A stretch of DNA of 64,000 bases from Candidatus Omnitrophota bacterium (GTDB lineage: Bacteria; Omnitrophota; Gorgyraeia; B26-G9; JBDRCZ01): assembly GCA_043821285.1 (NCBI GenBank), contig JBDRCZ010000029.1, forward strand, positions 14,959-78,958. The letters are read 5' to 3'. Made by a program: the position numbers and the translations under genes. Positions 56,989 through 64,000 of the stretch are shown here, piece after piece (positions within the stretch are counted from its first letter, which is position 1; every line of letters begins with the position of its first letter). The notes under the pieces are model-generated. The model saw only the letters and a list, made by a program, of their open reading frames with translations, did no database searches and had not been told where the DNA came from.

Positions 56989-57303
56989 CTATATCTGTCC
57001 TCTTCTTTTATTTATATGATTAGCAAATGCAATAACCGTGTCCTTCCCGGCCTCCTCCCTCAACATCATTTTATAAAAATCGCATTTTGTACATCGCTTC
57101 TCTCTGCCCTTCAGTGTTCCGCTAATTGCTTCCAAACAAAAAGTTCCGGTTATATACATACACGCCCGGCCGCCATTTTTCCCGCCACAAAATCCCTCAG
57201 CCAAAGCAAAAATTGCCGCCTGACACACCCCCAACTCTCTTGTTTTTACCCCGCCCGGCTCCCGGCCGCACTTCTTAAATTCCCAACAATTTTGTTTTTG
57301 CAT
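56989..57303 (-). CDS. small cysteine-rich protein (10 Cys in 104 aa), hypothetical
   Basis: MQKQNCWEFKKCGRE...GVCQA...FCGGKNGGRACMYITGTFC...RCTKCDFYKMM. Confidence 0.5.
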   Translation of the reverse strand: MQKQNCWEFKKCGREPGGVKTRELGVCQAAIFALAEGFCGGKNGGRACMYITGTFCLEAISGTLKGREKRCTKCDFYKMMLREEAGKDTVIAFANHINKRRGQI

Positions 57304-57329
57304 CCTTTTTCCTTCAAACTGAACGCGCC

Positions 57330-57478
57330 ATAAAAAAATTCCTTCGGAATCTTTTTATCCATTTAAAAACCTATGGTTTTCAAACCTTCCCTTAACAATG
57401 AATTAAATATACCAAACTATACCCCAATTCCCAAGTTAGCCAGAGATTGAAAATCTTATTGTTTCCTAATACGTGAAC
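57330..57478 (+). repeat. interspersed repeat family A copy (most divergent) downstream of macB
   Basis: ataaaaaaattccttcggaatctttttatccatttaaaaacctatggttttcaaacc...gttagccagagattgaaaatcttattgtttcctaatacgtgaac. Confidence 0.75.
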
Positions 57479-57517
57479 AAAAGACCATCCGGAATGTTCT
57501 GGCACGATTTTTTAAAT

Positions 57518-59482
57518 TTATTCAAATCTCAACGCTTCGATCGGATTAAGTTGCGCTGCCTTTTTCGCCGGCCATAAACCAAACCCAATGCCTACGGCAA
57601 TTGAAAACGTTGTTGATAAAACAATACTAAAAAGCGAAACCTTAGTCGCCCACCCAAAAACAGCCGCCATTATTAATGCTGCTCCTGCTCCAATCAAAAT
57701 TCCAATTATACCACCACTAAAAGTCATGACTACTGCTTCAATCAAAAATTGAGACATTATATCGCTGCGCCGGGCGCCGATCGCTTTGCGCAATCCTATT
57801 TCGCGCGTTCGTTCTGTCACAGATACTAACATGATATTCATAATGCCAATCCCTCCAACTAATAGCGATATTGCCGCGATACACCCTAAAAGCAGGCTCA
57901 TCGTTTGGGTAGTACTGCTTAACATTTCCTGAATTTCACTCATGTCGCGAATCTCAAATGAATCATCGTCGTTGTATAATTTGTGTCGCTTGTTAATAAC
58001 ATTTTTAATCTGCTCTTGCGCCTCTTCGATCAATTCTATATCTACGACTTCTGCATAAATCTGATCAAGATAATCTTTACCGAGAATCCGGTACATCGCT
58101 GTAGTCACCGGGGTATATACCACATCATCCTGATCATGCCAACCTCCTGAGCCTTTTTCCGGGGCAATCCCAATAACCTTAAAATTAATACGATTTATTT
58201 TTATTTCTTTGCCAATAGGATTTCGCTCCCTAAAGATTTTGTTTGCAACAGTAATTCCTAAAATAGCGATTTTATCCCGCCGGCTAATTTCTTCTTTTGT
58301 AAACCACCGGCCAATCTCCGGAATTGCCGCCCGCATTTCACCATAATCATAATCTACCCCTTCAATGCTCGTATTCCAGTTTTCATTCTCATAAACAATC
58401 TGAGCATTACCGCGGCAACTACCACTTGCTTTTTTAACATACCTCGATAGTCCTTTAATCGCATCAACGTCTTCAAAAGTAAACCTGGTAACTGTTCCGG
58501 CTCCGCTTGATGCACCGCGCACTCTGGAATGCCCCCCCCGGATAGAAAGTAGGTTTGACCCCAATGATTTAAGGCGCTGTTCCATAGATGATTTAGCACC
58601 TTCACCTAAAGCCATCATGGCAATCACCGCACCTACGCCAAAAAGGATCCCTAAAATCGAAAGAATTGAACGCACCTTATTAGAAAGAATGGCTTGAAAG
58701 GATTGATAGCAATGCTGCATAAACTCCATCCGGCCGAATGTAAAATGCTTTTGTGATACTATCTCCGTGATCGATAAATTATCATTCTTGACTGTGCCTT
58801 TTAAATTATTATAATCTTTATAAATATCCGTTTGAATTTTGCCGTCACGCATAGTGATAATTCTTCGCGCCTGCTCAGCTACTTCCTTCTCGTGTGTCAC
58901 CATAATAATCGTTTTTCCCTCGTCGTTAAGTTTCTTTAAAATGTTCATGATTTCTTCTTCGCTTTTTGTGTCTAGATTCCCAGTCGGTTCATCAGCAAAG
59001 ATGATCATCGGATCATTGACTAATGCCCTGGCGATCGCGACCCGTTGCTGTTCCCCACCGGAGAGCTCATTAGGTCTGTGCTTTTGACGTTCTGCCAATC
59101 CCACGGCTTTTAACTTTTCATATGCCTTTTGGCGAATGTCCTTCTTCCCCGCATAAATAAGCGGTAATTCCGTATTTTCTATCGCACTTACACGTCTTAA
59201 GAGATGAAACTGTTGAAAAATAAACCCTGCTAAAGTGTTTCTCAAGGCAGCAAGCTCAGCATCGGTTAAACCGGATACTTCCGTATCGAATATCTTGTAT
59301 GAACCGTTATCCGGCCGGTCAAGAAATCCAAGTATGTGTAAGAGCGTAGATTTACCAGAGCCCGATGGCCCCATAATCGCGGCAAATTCACCGGCTTTTA
59401 TGGAAAGACTGACGTCTTGAAGTGCATATACCGGCACTTTATCCGTATGATAGGTTTTGGAAATATTATTGATTTCTATCAT
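57518..59482 (-). CDS. macB: MacB-type ABC transporter (fused ATPase and FtsX permease)
   Basis: [26 protein letters not shown], a long periplasmic domain and four C-terminal TM helices. Confidence 0.88.
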   Translation of the reverse strand: MIEINNISKTYHTDKVPVYALQDVSLSIKAGEFAAIMGPSGSGKSTLLHILGFLDRPDNGSYKIFDTEVSGLTDAELAALRNTLAGFIFQQFHLLRRVSAIENTELPLIYAGKKDIRQKAYEKLKAVGLAERQKHRPNELSGGEQQRVAIARALVNDPMIIFADEPTGNLDTKSEEEIMNILKKLNDEGKTIIMVTHEKEVAEQARRIITMRDGKIQTDIYKDYNNLKGTVKNDNLSITEIVSQKHFTFGRMEFMQHCYQSFQAILSNKVRSILSILGILFGVGAVIAMMALGEGAKSSMEQRLKSLGSNLLSIRGGHSRVRGASSGAGTVTRFTFEDVDAIKGLSRYVKKASGSCRGNAQIVYENENWNTSIEGVDYDYGEMRAAIPEIGRWFTKEEISRRDKIAILGITVANKIFRERNPIGKEIKINRINFKVIGIAPEKGSGGWHDQDDVVYTPVTTAMYRILGKDYLDQIYAEVVDIELIEEAQEQIKNVINKRHKLYNDDDSFEIRDMSEIQEMLSSTTQTMSLLLGCIAAISLLVGGIGIMNIMLVSVTERTREIGLRKAIGARRSDIMSQFLIEAVVMTFSGGIIGILIGAGAALIMAAVFGWATKVSLFSIVLSTTFSIAVGIGFGLWPAKKAAQLNPIEALRFE

Positions 59483-60440
59483 TTCTTCTGCGCGATGGCA
59501 TAAAGGGATTTGTCCCTGTTTCCCGTTTTTTTATCGGAGAATATTTTTGATCTTTGACAATAACAATATCCGATATGCTTATCCCTGAAATGATCTCGGC
59601 GTTACTGGCATCTGTCAACCCAACTTCAATCTGACGTTTCTCAATACCGCTGCCTTGTTTTTTCTTGATCATCACGTATTTTTTACCTTCCTCATCCTCT
59701 ATTGCTCCAACGGGTATTAATAGTATTTCTTTTCGTGATTTCTCGATAACCTCAACATTTACACTCATGCCTGACCGAAAAAACTCCGGAACCTCTTGCG
59801 GCACAATATCAACATCATAAATCGTAACATTATTAACCAATTCCGATTCATAGGCAATATGATCCACCATTCCTTTAATCTTATTTTTTGGATACGCGTC
59901 TAGCGTTATAACGGCCTTTTGCCCAACCTGGACACGTCCTATATCCGTTTCATCAAACTGAGCGCTAATAATTAAGCGGTCAGATAATACCAATAAGGGT
60001 TCACTCGCCGTAATTGTCTGCCCTGGCTCAAAGGAGCGAACAATTACTTCCCCATCAATTGGGGAGATAATCGGTGTTCTTTTATAAACATCTTCCCAAT
60101 ATTGCCGCGCCTGATCTCCTTGTGAAGTTGCGGCATCTACCAGAGCCGCTCGTTCCGTCGAACTCATCCATGCCAAGATCTCCCCCTTCTTTACCATGGA
60201 TCCTTCTTTAACCAAAATTTCTTCAATTCGTCCAGCAATAGAAGGTTTTATTTCCAGACGGTTTTGCGGTTCAACAACACCGGTTGTTGTTACGGTAAGC
60301 CGGATATTTCCAATTTCAGGACTTATTTCTTGAGATATCGTATTCTTTTTTGTGGAGTATTGCGTTTTATAAAAATACCCGGCACCAATTAATACAACAA
60401 CCCCAACGGATATTATTAAAAGTGCTTTATTTTTTAACAT
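59466..60440 (-). CDS. macA: periplasmic adaptor subunit (HlyD/MacA family)
   Basis: N-terminal TM, lipoyl/beta-barrel adaptor architecture; overlaps macB. Confidence 0.8.
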   Translation of the reverse strand: MLKNKALLIISVGVVVLIGAGYFYKTQYSTKKNTISQEISPEIGNIRLTVTTTGVVEPQNRLEIKPSIAGRIEEILVKEGSMVKKGEILAWMSSTERAALVDAATSQGDQARQYWEDVYKRTPIISPIDGEVIVRSFEPGQTITASEPLLVLSDRLIISAQFDETDIGRVQVGQKAVITLDAYPKNKIKGMVDHIAYESELVNNVTIYDVDIVPQEVPEFFRSGMSVNVEVIEKSRKEILLIPVGAIEDEEGKKYVMIKKKQGSGIEKRQIEVGLTDASNAEIISGISISDIVIVKDQKYSPIKKRETGTNPFMPSRRRNDRNQ

Positions 60441-61704
60441 ACTCTAATATTCCCCCTTTGGCTTGAATCCAATAAGCTTCAGTGACTAATAAATTTGCTT
60501 GCGCGTCAAGATACGCTTTTTTGGTACTCACAAGATTATTCTCAATTATAATCCAGTCATCAAAAGTAGTAAGTCCCGATGAATATTGTGCGTTTGCAAT
60601 TTTTGCACGCTCTAGAGCTGCTTCAAAAAATTTCTTTTTTACCGAAACCATCTCGACCGCATCCTGAAAATCTTTCCAGGTCATTTCTAAGGTGTAAATA
60701 ACACTGTCTCGACCGCTACGTTCATCTGCCTGTGCTTGGATCATTTGCGATTCAGCTTTTTTAATTTGAGCAATCCTGCTGCCGCCTTCAAAAATAGGCA
60801 AGGAAACAGTTAGTCCTGCTGACCAAGCATCGTCTTTCGGCGGCCATTCTGAACGACTTCTGCCAAATGATCCACTTAAATAGACTTGCGGGAAAAATTC
60901 TGCTTTAGCGGAATTATAATTAAACCGCGCCGCTTCCTTTCTAGCGATTAATTCTTTAAGAAATGGAGCATTGTCCGCTAATAGTTCACACTCCGGTTTA
61001 ACATCATCAATCCCTTCGACATGAAAATCCCCGATAACTCGAACCGGGATTTTTTTGTCTCTACCTAATTCTTTAGTTAACTGTTGTTGGACTAATGAAA
61101 AATTTCTTTTCGCCTGTGCCACTTCAAATTCCGCCTGCGCCAAATCTGCTTTGGCTGTCAAGACCGCTCCCTTATGCTCTCTTCCGGCCTCATATCGCAG
61201 TTGGACTAATTCAAAATTTTCTTTTCGTCTTTTTGCAATTTCTTCAGTAAGAGATATCAGTTCTTGTGCTCTTAATAGCGCCGAAAACGCAGTTCTCAAA
61301 TTTAACCTGATGTTTGAAGATGTAATCATATAATTATATTCTTTAGCATCGAGTGACTTTGCCGCGGCATGTATATTCGAAGTCGTTTTAAACCCATCGA
61401 ACACCAATTGTTGTCCTGATAGACTATATGCATAAGTGTCTGTTTCACTGCTTGCGGCTGCTTTAGATTTTTTCCCGCTTAGTTGGCTTGATATTTGTGG
61501 TAAGCGGTTGCTGAGCACTGTATTCTTATCTGCTCGGGATTGAATGATTTCCTCTTTTGCCGCAAGTAAATCGGGATGATTTTTTAATGCCTCTTGAACA
61601 CAATTATCCCAGGTGAGAATTTCTTCGGCCATTACAAATACCGGTAAGGCTAAACACCAGGTGCATAAAATGAAAAGGGAAATTTTATAATTTAATTTAA
61701 ACAT
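60427..61704 (-). CDS. tolC: TolC-like outer membrane efflux protein
   Basis: Signal peptide and two-repeat OEP architecture; 425 aa. Confidence 0.8.
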   Translation of the reverse strand: MFKLNYKISLFILCTWCLALPVFVMAEEILTWDNCVQEALKNHPDLLAAKEEIIQSRADKNTVLSNRLPQISSQLSGKKSKAAASSETDTYAYSLSGQQLVFDGFKTTSNIHAAAKSLDAKEYNYMITSSNIRLNLRTAFSALLRAQELISLTEEIAKRRKENFELVQLRYEAGREHKGAVLTAKADLAQAEFEVAQAKRNFSLVQQQLTKELGRDKKIPVRVIGDFHVEGIDDVKPECELLADNAPFLKELIARKEAARFNYNSAKAEFFPQVYLSGSFGRSRSEWPPKDDAWSAGLTVSLPIFEGGSRIAQIKKAESQMIQAQADERSGRDSVIYTLEMTWKDFQDAVEMVSVKKKFFEAALERAKIANAQYSSGLTTFDDWIIIENNLVSTKKAYLDAQANLLVTEAYWIQAKGGILEYVKK

Positions 61705-61759
61705 TTGTGGTTTTAACTCTATATATTAGACACGGTAAAAATAAAAAAATTTTGTAAAT

Positions 61760-62008
61760 TTATTTCTTTACCTGTTTTGCCAGTTCTTTTTTCAAGGCCT
61801 TAATTCTCTGTTCAAAATGTTTCAAGAAGTCAGAAATACGTTCGACCGGAATAAAACTAATGATGTCTTTTTTTCCTGGCGGCCCTGACATTACGATTAG
61901 TTGATCTCCCTGTTTAATTTTAAGGGCATTCCTTGCCTTCATCGGAATAACGACTTGTCCTCTTTGTCCGATGGTCACTGTACCATATACCTCCGGAGAA
62001 CCTTTCAT
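61760..62008 (-). CDS. AbrB/MazE/SpoVT-family DNA-binding protein
   Basis: TVTIGQRGQVVIPMKARNALKIKQGDQLIV swapped-hairpin motif. Confidence 0.7.
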   Translation of the reverse strand: MKGSPEVYGTVTIGQRGQVVIPMKARNALKIKQGDQLIVMSGPPGKKDIISFIPVERISDFLKHFEQRIKALKKELAKQVKK

Positions 62009-62111
62009 TATTGCCTCCCCTTTTTTTCAATGGTATGAAAAGTATGAAATATCAGATAAATCATATATTTATCTTTTGTTTTTGTCAATAAAATAATGTA
62101 ATAATTATTTT

Positions 62112-63761
62112 TTATAACCTGCCTTTTTTTAATATCACATCTATCAATAAATACCCGGCACACCAATAGATAAACCAATCCCCAAATTCATTATAAATTG
62201 TTACCGGGTTTATTAATGCGATATTTATCTCCTCTGTTTTATCGCCTTCAATGAATGTATCTTGAGAATCTTTGGATACTTTATCCGTAATTCTTCCTTT
62301 GTTATCAATAAATGCCGATATCCCGGTATTGGCTGAGCGGATAACCGGCCGGCGGTTTTCTACCGCCCTAAATACCGAGGCCTGCAAGTGCTGGTAAGGC
62401 TGCCGGCTTTTTTTAAACCAGGCATCGTTGGTTATGTTCACTAAAAAATGCGTGCCTGGTCGGACAAATCTGCGCACAAGGTTAGGCAGCACATCTTCAA
62501 AACAGATTAACACGGCAAATTTTCTCCCCCCGAGATTAAAAATCGTAAATTCCTCCCCCGGAGAAAAATCACTAATATAAACAAATTTCCTGATAAACCC
62601 GAATAATTTCTCAAAGGGGATATATTCGCCAAACGGCACCAGATGCAGCTTATTATAATAATTAATCATCTTGGCATCACGACCGAGCAATATCGCACTG
62701 TTAAAATAACGCACCGCGCCATTTGCTGCCATAACCTGCGGGGTGCCAAAAAGAAGCGGGGTGCCGGTTATGCTAACTAAATCTTTCATGTATAAACTAA
62801 CGTCACTATCTGTTCCCCAGTAACCAGGTAAAGATGTCTCCGGCCAGATAATTAATTCCGGGGCATCACGTTTAGCATTAAGGGTCAGGTTTTTATAACG
62901 CTGCATAATCAATTCTTTAAAACGCTCATCCCATTTTTCTTCCTGGGGAATATTTCCCTGAATAACCGATACACGAAAAGGAAGATAATCTTTCTTTTCT
63001 TTTAAACGAAATATTCCGTAACCATAAACACTGATAAATATCAGGATAATAATTGTAAAACCAATAATTTCATTAAACGTATGTTTTATTTGCTGTTTAA
63101 AAAAAATAATAACCTTAAACAAGAACACATTTCCGAGCATGACTAAAAAAGAGACACCCCATACGCCAAAAGTATCCGCGCTTTGGATAAACGCCAAATT
63201 TTCATACTGCGAATAGCCTAAAAGCCCCCAGCCAAACCAATAAGATAATAAACTGCGCAAAAATTCTAATACAATCCATGCACAAGGCAGGAAGAAAAAA
63301 TTCTTTTTCTTATAAAAAGTCTGCGTCTCTTCGCGGCATCTTTTTTTAAAGGCAAAATTGGCATTACCAATTTTGCTTCTATGAGCCGCCGCGCTTTGGT
63401 GCCAAAAATATATAAACATGCCAAACAGGCCGAAGTAAAAAGCTAAATATAATACTAATATTATCACACCCGGTATGGTTACATGCCGCAGCCAGTAAAT
63501 AATTGTTGTGAAAAATATAATGCCGCTAAAATATGCCCAGCAAAATGACTGCTTTAACGTCATATTTTTTAAGCAGAAAAACAAAGGGACAAATCCTACC
63601 CAGGCAAGCATTGATAAATGAGGATAGTTTAAAGAAAGTCCTAAACTAAATCCGGAAACTATCGCTAACATAAATCTTGCCCATCTTAAAAGATGGGCAA
63701 GATTTATCACACATAAAAAAATTTCTGAAAGAAATTTTTTTATTTTTATTTCCCGCAGCAT
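62112..63761 (-). CDS. lnt: apolipoprotein N-acyltransferase
   Basis: Multi-TM N-terminus followed by a CN-hydrolase domain ([25 protein letters not shown]). Confidence 0.85.
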   Translation of the reverse strand: MLREIKIKKFLSEIFLCVINLAHLLRWARFMLAIVSGFSLGLSLNYPHLSMLAWVGFVPLFFCLKNMTLKQSFCWAYFSGIIFFTTIIYWLRHVTIPGVIILVLYLAFYFGLFGMFIYFWHQSAAAHRSKIGNANFAFKKRCREETQTFYKKKNFFFLPCAWIVLEFLRSLLSYWFGWGLLGYSQYENLAFIQSADTFGVWGVSFLVMLGNVFLFKVIIFFKQQIKHTFNEIIGFTIIILIFISVYGYGIFRLKEKKDYLPFRVSVIQGNIPQEEKWDERFKELIMQRYKNLTLNAKRDAPELIIWPETSLPGYWGTDSDVSLYMKDLVSITGTPLLFGTPQVMAANGAVRYFNSAILLGRDAKMINYYNKLHLVPFGEYIPFEKLFGFIRKFVYISDFSPGEEFTIFNLGGRKFAVLICFEDVLPNLVRRFVRPGTHFLVNITNDAWFKKSRQPYQHLQASVFRAVENRRPVIRSANTGISAFIDNKGRITDKVSKDSQDTFIEGDKTEEINIALINPVTIYNEFGDWFIYWCAGYLLIDVILKKGRL

Positions 63762-64000
63762 TTTTTAAATTTTTTCCCGCTGCCGCAGGGGCACGGTTCA
63801 TTGCGCCCTACTTTTGGCTGCTCATGGATATATGTCTGGTTATCTTGTTCCGGCGGCAGGTCAGCAATGTTAGTTTCCGGGGCAGGCGGTGTTTTTGTTT
63901 TAACCGGCTGTTTTTCAAACTGTCCAAGCTCCGCATGGATAAACTGCTGCGGTAAATTCCCAAATACACTAACTTTTTGTTCTTTCTCCACGGCATTTAC
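63746..64000 (-). CDS. secA: C-terminal tail of SecA (partial; N-terminus beyond the window)
   Basis: Frame open to the window edge; ends ...[22 protein letters not shown], the SecA C-terminal zinc-binding motif. Confidence 0.6.
   Translation of the reverse strand, partial: VNAVEKEQKVSVFGNLPQQFIHAELGQFEKQPVKTKTPPAPETNIADLPPEQDNQTYIHEQPKVGRNEPCPCGSGKKFKKCCGK

Noticed and set aside
15000-64000. CRISPR array
   Set aside because: No run of regularly spaced identical direct repeats of 24-48 bp with unique spacers. The repeats present are dispersed elements 50-150 bp long at gene junctions.

Overview
The window reads as a low-GC bacterial chromosome segment from a diderm organism, since it carries Mla and Lol systems, a TolC/MacAB pump and Lnt. 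It shows three unusual properties. First, bases 1-15002 form one uninterrupted minus-strand reading frame of at least 5,000 codons that runs off the left edge. It has a clean RBS and ATG and a signal peptide. Its internal motifs are those of a C39-like peptidase domain with Ser where the catalytic Cys normally sits, plus a complete SF2 DExH helicase core. No minus-strand ORF is listed for this span, as expected for a frame that has no stop inside the window. Second, an accessory island lies between a ROK regulator gene and cysS (about 18.5-27.9 kb). It holds two convergent archaeal-type AAA+ ATPases (COG1373/DUF4143 and COG1672/DUF234), a HEPN gene remnant and a YgiT zinc-finger gene. It also holds a 1,292-aa signal-peptide protein with a polytopic TM block, HEAT-like repeats and a C-terminal HExxH motif, and a RelE/ParE-RHH toxin-antitoxin pair with a near-consensus autoregulated promoter. 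Third, intergenic space is unusually dense with several families of short interspersed repeats. One family is a ~150-bp element in five or more copies that ends in a hairpin plus U-tract on the minus strand and carries a TTATCCACA 9-mer. Another is a MITE-like family with terminal inverted repeats around AAAWTCCAAATGACAAA in ten or more copies, one of which splits the bioB-bioF-bioH-bioC-bioD-bioA operon between bioD and bioA. The rest of the window is a Firmicutes-like housekeeping block (mcsA-mcsB-clpC ... radA-yacL-ispD-ispF-gltX-cysS, no ctsR, mlaEFD inserted). It also holds ilvE, lolDE, the biotin operon, a flavin reductase-rubredoxin fusion with DJ-1, arfB, tRNA-Ser(CGA), macAB-tolC, lnt and the 3' end of secA. 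A conserved 23-nt leader motif sits 21-26 nt upstream of the start codons of clpC, mcsB and the giant gene. All domain calls come from motif recognition by eye; no database search was possible.
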